Origin: Batkoa obscura
Taxonomy: Eukaryota
Direction: 5' to 3'
NCBI GenBank assembly: GCA_030770535.1
Contig: JASVEC010000010.1
Coordinates: 1 to 64,000 of the forward strand
DNA: 64,000 nt
The notes under the pieces are model-generated. The model had not been told where the DNA came from. It made no database searches and worked only from the letters and a program-made list of their open reading frames with translations. Of this stretch, positions 26,746 to 37,974 are shown piece by piece. The stretch's first letter is position 1. Each line of letters begins with the position of its first letter. Made by a program: the position numbers and the translations under genes.

Positions 26746-27935
26746 ATGATTAAAAACAAGATATTAGTACCTTTTAGTGAGCTTTGCTTGAGTACGGTTT
26801 TGAAAAATGGGCAGAGTTTCACTTGGGAAAAGACTGGGGATAAAGAATGGTAACTATTGCCTAAAACCAATAAAACTATTTTAAAAAACAATAGGACTTC
26901 GGTACTAAACGGGTTACTTTTAAGCTTGACTCAATTAGGTAGATATGTTGATATTAATTTGCTATTTGTTATTTACAATTATAGATGATGGAATAGAATA
27001 TAGAATACATTCAAATTTAAAACAGTTAAATGAAGAAAACGTTAAAAAAACAATAGTTGATTATTTTCAATTAGAAAAAATAGATCTCTCGCTTTTGTAC
27101 AAATCCTGGTCTAATAAAGATACTAACTTTGCTAAAAAAGGATTGAGATTTCCTGGTGTTAGAGTTTTACGACAAGATCCCGTTGAAAATTTATTTAGTT
27201 TTATATGTTCCTCTAATAATAACATAACTAGGATAACAAAAATGGTATTCGTTTCCTTGCACTAACTCAACTTTATTTAATTTTTATAGGTCCAGAATTT
27301 ATGTGAACATTATGGGGAATTAGTTGGAGAATATCAGGATAAAAAATATTATAACTTTCCTAAAATTGAATGTTTAACTGAAGATCAAGTAGAAGCTAAA
27401 TTGAGGGCTTTAGGTTTTGGATATAGAGCAAAGTATATAAATAAATCTGCAAAAAAGTTAGCGAAGTTAGGTGGTGAAGAGTGGCTACTTAACTTAAGAG
27501 AAGTCCCATATGAAAAATGTAAACACGAGCTTTTGATGTTAGAAGGAGTAAAATAATTGTAATCTTTTATAAAAATTTAAGTTTAAATATATAAGGTTGG
27601 GCCCAAGGTTGCAGATTGTGTGGTAAATTTAAAATATTTATTATTCTTTTATTCAAACTGTTTAGTGCTTGATGTCATTAGATAAGCATGATGCCATACC
27701 AGTAGACACACATGTTTTTCAAATTGCAAAAAGAGATTATGGATTTAAAGGGGGCAGAAACAAAACTTTAAGTAGAAAAGAATATGATTCAATTAACCAA
27801 CATTTTAGAGACATCTTTGGAGAATACGCTGGCTGGGCCCATTCGGTACAGTTATCATTTTTTAGTTTTTAATTTCTAACTATGATTTAGATTTTATTTA
27901 CCGCTGACTTAAAAATGTATGAAGAAGTTAATTAG
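26746..27935 (+). CDS. OGG1: 8-oxoguanine DNA glycosylase/AP lyase, multi-exon
   Basis: GQSFTW, RVLRQDPVENLFSFICSSNNNI, LGFGYRAKYI, GVGPKVADCV, AIPVDTHV, FGEYAGWAHSILF. Confidence 0.96.
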
Positions 27936-29220
27936 GGCCATTGCGATAATATCACAGTATAGAAGTTTATTCGGGACTGCTTTTGTTTATACATGTTAAC
28001 AGTATTATAAATTAAACAATAGTAGAATAAAAATTACAATACGTCCTATACATGTTTATATCTGTTATTTTTATTTTTTATTTTTTTCTACGTTTAAGGC
28101 TTTATAATCGTATTTAACAATACTTATTGAACATGATAAATATAAAAATGCTTTATTAAGTAAGGCTAGTGGAGTAAGAGTAGTGATATAAATTGGTAAT
28201 TTGTCGAAAAGTACCAATTGTAGAGTTGGGAATTTCCACCACTCTTATTACTAAGTAACTTAATTTAATTCAATCATTAGTGCATTACTTTCATAGTATG
28301 TAGATGACATTTGGACTTTAAAAACATTAGACTTTTTCCTGGAATGTTTTATCACCTGCGTACATTTTTATACGATTAAATCCATCCTAATATTTTGGAC
28401 GATTATTCACATATAATTTTTTAATTTATGTACCCTGTTATATAGCTTATTACTACTGAGGGCAGATTGATATTCGCGAAGTTATTTCGATTTATTGTAT
28501 TTTTATTTGTATTATGATTACAATTCAAAAAATTGCTTATCCACATTGATACAGTTCGCTCCCTCACTATAATTCAATAAAGGTTAAAGATAAAAGAGTA
28601 CGCCTAGTAAAATCATAATATATTATATTTTAGATTAACAACCCTAGATATTTGTATTTTTATATATAGCATCCGAATTATGATAAGAGAGCTTAATTTT
28701 ATTTAAACTCGTAGTTCTTTAGTTAAACTATTTAAAAGTTGTATCAATAATTACTGTTTTATCTATTGAGTGAAGTTACAACAATTCTTTTTTAGTTTAA
28801 ATTAATTTAATAAAATTCATTCTAAATCCGATGTTTATGTGGTGTTAGCTATATAGCTTATTTGATATAATTTGTAATCTATAGATTTCTTTTTGAATAG
28901 AGAGTTTATTTATGTATCAATATAGCAATACTATTATTTTTTTTCTTATTAAAATCCTATATTTTGTTCAAACAATATATTTCTATTTTACATCAAAATG
29001 GCTTAAATGTAAGTTAACTTCATGATACAACTGTCAAACTATTATGACTTAGCTAAGTATTCATTTAAAAATAAAATTTCATAAAATTTGGGCTTTAAAA
29101 AACTAAACAAGCAAATAACTAGCTCTAAAAATTACCACAAATCAAGTTGCAATAGAACTTCAATAACCGTATTAACAAATATCTTAAACCCAATATTTAT
29201 TAATTTTTCAAACACCATTT

Positions 29221-29313
29221 CGGGGATGTATTTTTTGTTTAATTTTACTAATAATTATTCTATTCAAATAGCGTTAAAATGAAAAAAGTGATGAAATTAA
29301 AAAAACACCCTTA
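29221..29313 (+). mobile_element. MITE-like element, degenerate
   Basis: GGGGATGTATTTTTTG..CAAATAGCG..AAAAAACACCC. Confidence 0.75.
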
Positions 29314-29683
29314 TTTGGTAAGCCAAATTAATTTGACTAGTATTAATTTATAAATTAAACTATTTTATCAAAAGTATAAGCAATGATATTTTAATGAAAC
29401 AATGTACATAAACACTATATTGGCTTTAACTGTTTGTTTTTATATTTATTATTGCTATCTTTCAATCATCTATATAATACACTAAATTTTATGGCTTATG
29501 ATCAACAAAAAACTTTTAGAGCTAAAATTGTTTATTTTTCCCCATAAACACTTCATGCCATAAATAAATTGATATGAACAGGACTAGAATCCAATATAAC
29601 AAAATGTGCCACAAAAAAATAAATTAAACCTCTATAAAAAAGTATATAATCAAATTAAATAGACTTGAACTTTATATAAAAAA

Positions 29684-30049
29684 ATGCTTTTATTTTTTAT
29701 TTTGTTAAACGTAGTATTCAATTTGATCCACTCTAAGGAGCACCCTTTTATGAATAAGAATGATCATGAGGTAATTAAAGAAAGCTTTACCTTATTAAAC
29801 AAGGCCCCAGTTCATATCAATATTGAGCCTAAAGGCAAGGAAAGTGATAATGATAGTTTGATTGATTTTGACTTGAATGTGCATATGAGATCAAAATTAT
29901 ACAATCGATTGAAAAAGTCATTTAAGTTAAACAAATATAAGAATAAGAAGATGAAGGAAACCCCGATAAAAGGAAAACATCGCTATTTTAATTCTTTTAA
30001 TAAGTTATTATTTGCCATTGACGATATATTAGATGATGAAGCGAAATAG
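29684..30049 (+). CDS. Small secreted protein of unknown function
   Basis: 121-aa ORF with hydrophobic N-terminus; AAAAGTATATAA about 45 bp upstream. Confidence 0.65.
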   Translation: MLLFFILLNVVFNLIHSKEHPFMNKNDHEVIKESFTLLNKAPVHINIEPKGKESDNDSLIDFDLNVHMRSKLYNRLKKSFKLNKYKNKKMKETPIKGKHRYFNSFNKLLFAIDDILDDEAK

Positions 30050-31684
30050 GGAAGCTATGATTACTATTTAAATTAAAGGAATTATTAAAATATTTCATTT
30101 CAACCTATTACACATTCAAGATAATATTCTAAAACATATATCTTATAGCTTTAAATAGCACACATAAAACATTAGTTAAATCTTACCATTATCTATTTTT
30201 CATATTTAAATTTTATTTTATTTTTAGTTAAACTATCAGACATTATAAAATTATTTTATTTAATATAGTAATTCCTCAAACAAGCTAAAGTTTAGTTCAT
30301 AGAAACGATTATTGGCATTTTAAACATTTACGATTGATTTATTTTAAACCATTATTTGGAATATTATATATTATATTGGTCATTGAAGGGTATACTATTT
30401 TTTTTGAAAACTCTAATATTGGGAATTTTGCTAATGTTGATAGAATTTGAAATATAGATTATGATTGCTATTTTTTATTTGACGCTACCAGCCTTTAAGG
30501 GTCAGTGTAGGTATGATCGAGGATATTAACAATGTTAAATAATATAAAGGCAATAAGAAAGATGCTATAGTCGTGACAAGTTGAAAATATTATAATTTGT
30601 GCAAGAAAAAAATTAAGGCTGTTATTGCATTAACTTTTGGGTTAAAACTTTGACTTACAAAATATCAAAGCTATAAAAGACTATTTGAGCTTAATATTTT
30701 TTCTTGTAACATTTTTAGTGTAATATAAGTTTTATCAATCATAATATATATGATAGCCCTCCATACTCAGCTTTATTTTTATTACATTGTATTAATCTTA
30801 TATAGTAGTCTTAATGAAACAACCCAATACTTTTTGACCTACCTGGTACCTGAATTTTATCAAAGTTTAATTGTTATTATTTAGTTATTATTTAGTTATT
30901 ATTTTTTTATAATAATCTTTTAGTTGTTATATAAAATACTAAAGTTTTATGCTATATGTATAATAGAAGAGTATTAGGATTTACTGAGTTATCTAACATA
31001 CATCAAATGTTACTATAAGTTTAAGAGAAATTAACTAAATCACCTTAACTTTCATACGTGCGGCTAAAATATTTATTATTAGATTCAGGTCTATAAATAA
31101 TTTTTTTGAAATGATCAAATATTTTAATCATTATTTTAATTTAGTGGGTTCTTTACAAAAATATATGCCCAAAATTAATTCTATTTTTATCTTATTTACT
31201 AGCAAAACTAATCATGGCTATTTGACCAATAATGTATTTAGTATTTCACAAGTCAAGAATTTTACGTTACTATCCGAGTTAAATGAACTATGATTAGTTA
31301 TGCACTAATTTCTTAGAATATTAATAAGTGATAGAATTTGGGTATCGCTTATTCTGTTAAAACAAGGCATGACAACATACATCCACTACATTGATTTCTA
31401 TATCATAATATACAATGGTTGCACTTATTGACAGCTTTGTAGTATGCCTTGAATGTTATAATAGTCCTAGTTTAACGAATGTAAACTGAAAAAATTCTTA
31501 ATGATTTCTGCCAAGATTTATAAAGCCCAATTCCCCCTCGTAGCCTATCAAAATTTATATAAAATTTTAACTTTATAAATAGATTAAATGGAATTGTCAT
31601 AGCCTACTAAGCATAATAATATTCTGATGTAAAAGTATATAATGAACTGAAATTTATCATTCAACTTAAGTTTATATCAGAAAA

Positions 31685-32209
31685 ATGAAATATCAATCAA
31701 TTTTAGCCTTTTTGATTGCATCTATCGCTTCAGCAGCTGTATCAAGCAACCATTGTGATTCAGTAGATCCTTCCATTAAAGATCTTTGTAAAAAAGTACT
31801 TGAAGCAAGCACTGAAATCCAAAAAGAAGTAACCACTTGTGAATCAAAGTGTAGTGATGACAACTGTAAAACAAAATGTGTTACTGACGCCTTACCACCA
31901 GCTCTTGCTTCCGAACAAACTCAAGGAAAGATTAAATGCATTTCTGATTGTAAAGATGATACTGCTTGCTTATCTAAATGCATCGATGGAAAAGTTTCAA
32001 AAGAGGATCTCGATAAAACTGTAAAATGCACCAAAGATTGTAAAGATGATGTCTCTTGTAGTCTCAAATGCTACCAAGATGTTTTGAAATCTGTCAGTAC
32101 CAATACTAATAGTAACACTGCCAAGTCAACTTCACAAACCTCTTCTGCATTTTTCTCATCTAATTCTCCTTTAGTTGCAATTGCAGCAGCATCATTACTC
32201 CTCGTTTAA
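31685..32209 (+). CDS. Cys-rich secreted, probably GPI-anchored protein (paralog 1)
   Basis: Signal peptide, 14 Cys as CX10C plus 3x(CX3C-X4/5-CX3C), Ser/Thr stalk, hydrophobic C-terminal tail. Confidence 0.9.
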   Translation: MKYQSILAFLIASIASAAVSSNHCDSVDPSIKDLCKKVLEASTEIQKEVTTCESKCSDDNCKTKCVTDALPPALASEQTQGKIKCISDCKDDTACLSKCIDGKVSKEDLDKTVKCTKDCKDDVSCSLKCYQDVLKSVSTNTNSNTAKSTSQTSSAFFSSNSPLVAIAAASLLLV

Positions 32210-32293
32210 GTTTATTTTCTAGATTGCTTTAAGTTGGTATTAATGTAATATAATAAATAAGGTTCTGTTTATTAGAAAATTGTTTTTATTATA

Positions 32294-34391
32294 TGGAGAT
32301 GTATTTTTTTGTTTAGGAATTTACTAACAATCTTTCCATTCAAATAGCATTTAAAAGATGGAAAAAGTAATGAAACCAAAAAAACACCTCCATATTTTTC
32401 ATTAATAAGTTCGAACAGCTAATATTCAACATCTTAATATGATAAAAGTTTTGTTCAAGAAAGTTAATAATAAAACAACAATTGGTATCATTGGTATAAG
32501 GTTATGGAGATGTATTTCTTTGTTCAAGAATCATACTAACAATCTTTCTACTCGAGTAATGCTTAAAAAATGGAAAAGTAATGAAACCGAAACACCCCCT
32601 TATGGTTTTTGGCTTTCAAAGGAATTCTAAGAGCATTCGCAGTAAAATTGCAGTAATAATGATAAACTAGGGATGTATTTTTTTGTTTAAGAATTTTACT
32701 ACAATCTTTCCACTCAAATAGCGCCTGAAAATGGAAAAGTAATGAAATCAAAAAAATAGCCCAATTGAGATACCTTTTTAATAGAATAATCACCTCTAAA
32801 GCCCTGACTTTATTAAAAAGATGTATTGCTACAGAAGTATGTACCAATACCAATAGATAGACATATATCAAATAGCTCTTCTAACCGAAATTAAATATTT
32901 AAATAAAATAAAATAAAATAAAATTACAGCTTGGTTTATTATAAAAATAATTTGTTAGACTCCTTTACCCTACTAATAAATCATATTAAGAAAATAATAA
33001 AAACATCTTAATTTAAATGTATGGGAGAATGTCTTTTCTAGTTTTAGTATCCTATTCATTTTTTATTTACTAAGAAATCTACAAAATTATTAAATATACT
33101 AAAAAAAGACATATTCATATGGGGATGTATTTTTTTGTTTAAGAATTTTACTAATAATCTTTCTACTCAAATAGCGCTTAAAAAGTGGAAAAGTAATGAA
33201 ACCAAAAAAAACACTCCCATATCTATTATCTATTATCCCTTTAATTACAAGTTAAAACACAAGGCTTCCTATATGTTGTGTTCAACTCTTTTCAGTTTTT
33301 AGATGGTGAAGGCAAATGACCACAACAATAAATATTACTCTTTGTAAAGTGACTAATGATTTAAAGAAAACTATATTCGAATCGAGATATTAATGAAGAT
33401 GGATATGGCTGTTGAAATGTACACTATCCAACTTTTCCTTTAAAAATAAAGGTTTATATCGTAGGCTATAGCCATAGTGATAACTTAATTTGTCATTAAT
33501 AAAAATAGTTAGAGTTATTTCTCTTACAAATTACAATCCTCATTTTAAGTGACAAAAAATCGCGAAATTGCAGTTTTATTCTAATGAATAATATCTCTTT
33601 TCTTTTCTGCAAAAACTAAGTACAACATATGGGGCTGTTTTTTTTGGTTTCATTACTTTGTCCATTTTTTAAGCACTATTTGAGCGGAAAAATTGTTAGT
33701 AAAATTATTAAGCAAAAAAATGCATCCCCATATGGGAAAGCGTTATATAGGGAGTTTTTTTGGTTTCACTTTTTCCATTTTTTAAATGCTATTTGAATGG
33801 AAAGGTTAGTAAAATTCTTAAACAAAATACATTCTCATATTGTATATTTTCAAAATTAAAATTCATTAATTTTAGTTTAATTTATGACTAAATACAAAAT
33901 ATAAATTACATGTTTCATAGTTAATTTTGAATTCTATTTTCAATATTTCTATAACAATATAGATTCTACATTAATCAATTTAATATTAAAAGCTTAAGCC
34001 TTCGTTTTAATAATATTTATCAAAAACATTATTTTAAATATGGGGATGTATTTTTTTATGTAAGAGTTTTATTAGTAATTATTCTACTTAAATAGTGTTT
34101 GAAAAGGGGAAAAAGTGATGAAACTAAAAAAAGCATCGCCATATAGTAATATTATATTTCAAGAAAACTAAATATTAATTTATATACTAGTTACAGTTTC
34201 TTCTCACTATTCAGAGCTGTCTAGTTCCATCCTATAAGCTATATACTTAAATGGCAAAGGAGATAAAAACAATTGGCCACATATTATAGATAAGGAGATG
34301 TGTTTTTTTGTTTAAGAATTTTACTACAATCTTTCCACTCAAATAGCGCTTAAAAAATGGAAAAATAATGAAATCAAAAGAAACACTCCCA
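32294..34391. mobile_element. Dense cluster of eight MITE copies (32294-32392 +, 32505-32601 +, 32668-32764 +, 33120-33219 +, 33630-33730 -, 33748-33837 -, 34041-34141 +, 34292-34391 +)
   Basis: Each matches the ~100-bp consensus; most are flanked by TA. Confidence 0.88.
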
Positions 34392-34496
34392 TAATATTAT
34401 ATTAAGATATTCAACTTGTAATATCAGATGTTCAAATATAAATACAAAAGATTCAACGATTTTAGTATATAATAAAGTACTTTAATGGCTTAAAGA

Positions 34497-35105
34497 TTAG
34501 TTAAATAATAGAGCTCCAGCAGCTAAAAGAACTAATGGGGAGGCGGTATTAATAAATGAATTAGAACCAGCCTTTGGTTTTGAAGGATCACCTGAAGTAG
34601 GTAACTTACTGTTATCTTCCGAACTTCCAGATGTAGATGTTTTGCCACTATCACTTGAGTTTCCAGATTTTACAGTAGTATCTTTGGTTGTTTGCCCTGA
34701 AGTTCCCAATGAACACTTAGAAAGGCAACTTATATCGTTATTACAACCTTTAGAACATTCAAGACTTTTATCAAGATCTTCCTTTTGGACCATACCACCT
34801 GAGCATTTTGAAATACAAGCGGTATCACCCTGCTTACATGAATTATAGCACTTGCTTTGTTCTTGGATACTTGGGGAGTCCATTAAATCAGAGACAGCGT
34901 CTGTCGAACATTTTACCTTACAGTCCATATTAGAGCATTTAGATTCACACGCTTTAATTTTGTTCATATATTCATTTCCAGCAGCAGCCTGTTTTTCGCA
35001 AGCATCTTTAGCACTGCCACTAAATGAATCACAAAACCCTCCACTTGAAACTGCTGCAGAGGCAATAGCTGATATAAAGATAGCAATAATTGAGATATTT
35101 TTCAT
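34497..35105 (-). CDS. Cys-rich secreted, probably GPI-anchored protein (paralog 2)
   Basis: Shares IASAAVSS, CESKCS, DTAC(L/I)SKC, KEDLDK and SPLV with paralog 1; same 14-Cys scaffold. Confidence 0.9.
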   Translation of the reverse strand: MKNISIIAIFISAIASAAVSSGGFCDSFSGSAKDACEKQAAAGNEYMNKIKACESKCSNMDCKVKCSTDAVSDLMDSPSIQEQSKCYNSCKQGDTACISKCSGGMVQKEDLDKSLECSKGCNNDISCLSKCSLGTSGQTTKDTTVKSGNSSDSGKTSTSGSSEDNSKLPTSGDPSKPKAGSNSFINTASPLVLLAAGALLFN

Positions 35106-36229
35106 TTTTTAGATTTAATTTTTCAAAAATTAAAGTATTTATACTTTTTATCAACATGATCCTTATTTTAATTAAAAAAATTAATATTCATAAGATATTT
35201 ATATGTTAGATGCAGTTTAAGTATAATTCATGTACAATTTATTGATATTTGTTGAAGTTTAATATTTTATTAACCATTTTAAGTATAACATTTCTTTATT
35301 TAGATTTTGGATATGATTGTTAAAGCTTGTTTGCGAAATATTTAAAGATAAATTTATGACACAACTTTCGCTAATGTTTAAATACTAGGCTTTAAAAAAG
35401 CAAGCAAACAAATAGTAGCCGAATAAATTTTACTAGAGGTTGCATATTTAAACTTTAACAGAGGAAGAATTCCTGATCAAACTTTGCATATTAAATTCTG
35501 TTAAAACCCCTAAACGCCCCATCTTTATTTTACCTCAAATTGTATAACCTTAATAAGTTTTCCTTTTTTAAATAAATAAAAAACAATAAAGCCGAGATCC
35601 TTATTTATACTAAAGTTTAATCCCCTCTAGTTTAAAAAATAGCTGTGATGTTGATTAAAGTAGTACTGTTTGTTTATATGTATGATTGATTTAATAAGAT
35701 TCAAAAGTTTATATAAAGGTGTGCGTAATGATAATAACAAGTAAATGTTGTTTATAATATCAATGTTTAATGGTATTGTTGGGTATTACTGATAACAAGT
35801 TATGAACATATCATAAATTAACTTTATTTTTAATTAATTTATTGCATAAAACTAAATATAAAAAATGCGATAGCCCAAACTAATAGGCCTCGCTTTTAAC
35901 TAAATAAGTAAATAGCTATTAATCCATTAATACCAATAATTACTACTACAACTTTGGCATAAATGTGATATTAATTTAATTTGACATATCAAAATATCCT
36001 ATAACTTTCAAATTCAAATAAATATTTTAATATAGATAAGTAAATGTTCTCAAAAATTAATATCTTTAAATACCCATTTCTAAAAAATATATATTATGCC
36101 TCAAATATTGTACTGTATTTTAATGCATCAAATGTTATTTAGCTATTCAATTATTATAATATAACAAATTACCGACGCCTCAATACAGTAGTTATTTTAA
36201 GTTTTGGCTTTAATAGAATTTTTACAATA

Positions 36230-37873
36230 TGAGATGTATTTTAAAAATTTTATTAGCAATTTTTCTAGTCAGATAGTATTTTAAAAATGAAGTGGTGAAA
36301 CCAAAAAAACACTCATACATACTCTAAAATACAAAGTCCCAAAATATATAATGATCCGAAATATATTAGTTTAGCAAAGGTCAATTCATAATAAATCCTA
36401 TTTGATTTTTTCGTATTACGTAAGAATGACATTATTTTTTGTATTATGTCTATATAACATAGTATTTTGGCTTTGTTATTATAATAAATATTTGCTCATT
36501 TTTATTGACTTCATACACTATTAAAATAGCATATTGGAAAAGTCAATTTGCAACTCAAAAACAGCTTAATATCTTAAAAATTATTAAAAATGTAATTCTA
36601 TACCTTAAAAATTAATTGTATGGTATATTGATTGTTTATCTAAAGATTATGTATTTCTTATTTAATAATAACAGGATTTTTTTTGTTTTAAGCCATTTTT
36701 ATATATTTAATATATTACAAAAAAGTGGTCTTTTCAAAAACATTAACATGATATTTGATAAACATATTATATTAAGAGTCAAAGACAACATCCGAAATAT
36801 CTTTGAATATTAATATATGAGAGCGTTTTTGACTTCATTATTTTTTTCATTTTTTAAACACTATTTAAGTAAAAAAAAAGTTAGTAAAATCCTTAAACAT
36901 GAAAATACATCCCCATAGATTGATTGCTCTAAGATTAAAAACTAATATCAGCTTTTTATCATTTTATCGTGATAGAGATAACAAATAAAAAATAAGAATG
37001 ATAATTACTTTATTTTTTAATCTAGCGTTTTATTAAATCAATTTTAAGAATATCGTTATTGACTATAAAAAATTGAAAGAATTGAATCAAAAAGCACTCT
37101 GGTTGGATTTATAATTTCAATATGGGGATGTATTTTTTTAATAATTTTACTAACAGTCTTTCTACTAAAATAGCACTCAAAAATGGAAGAAGTGATGAAA
37201 GTAAAAAATATATACCTATAAACTGAATTAAAAATTTATATTAAACTTTCTAAACTTATAACTGCAAATATTGTGGTGCTTTTGGCTACTAATTTAACTT
37301 ATACTTCGTTCATTTTTTAAGCTTTAAAAAGAAAGGCAGCCAAAAAAAGGACATCTATATTTTGTTATTATTTATAGCTTTTTTAAAATACAATACTAAA
37401 AGGATTAGGGTTTTTAGAGGAACCAAATTAACTAACTCTATAAGAAAATAAAAAAATCAACAAGTAGCTTTAAAAATAAACCTTCAAAATTAGTATGTGT
37501 AAGCATCTTTTTAACCATTTTCTCATTTTTCAATCATAAAGTTAAAAATACCAGCTGAATTCATAGAGCAGACATTATCCTAAAATTTTATAATTATTAT
37601 GTATGTCCAAAATTTATTTTATATATTTATATGGATAAATAAATTAGCATACTATAATGACAAGTAGATACATTTAAAAGTTTGCTTTGACTCAATTGTA
37701 ACATAATAGTCATATGTTAAATGGTGAAATAAAAGGAAATATAACTATTGTATTTAAAAAGGAATTTAATATTTGGTAATGTTTTTTTTGATTTCATTAT
37801 TTTTCCATTTTTTAAGCACTACTTGAGTGAAAAGTTTGTTGGTGAAATTCTTAAACAAAAAAATATATCCACA
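36230..37873. mobile_element. Four MITE copies (36230-36316 + degenerate, 36818-36915 -, 37123-37218 +, 37774-37873 -)
   Basis: Consensus matches; the last copy lies ~100 bp upstream of the NOC2 ATG. Confidence 0.8.
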
Positions 37874-37974
37874 TTTTTTATTTCAATTAGATAAATTTGT
37901 TTATTCTTTAGCGAATCATTTTACTTCTCTATTTTATAAATATCAAAATATTGAATTAAACTATTGTTTTTAAG

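Noticed and set aside
32294..34391. Clustered repeats as a CRISPR-like array
   Set aside because: Units are ~100 bp, in mixed orientation, irregularly spaced and diverged; the context is eukaryotic and there are no cas genes. A MITE fits better.
34642..35112. Antisense or alternate-frame ORFs over real genes (also 7982, 11431, 14176, 18161, 41915, 54914, 58424)
   Set aside because: Shadows of the true CDS on the opposite strand or frame.
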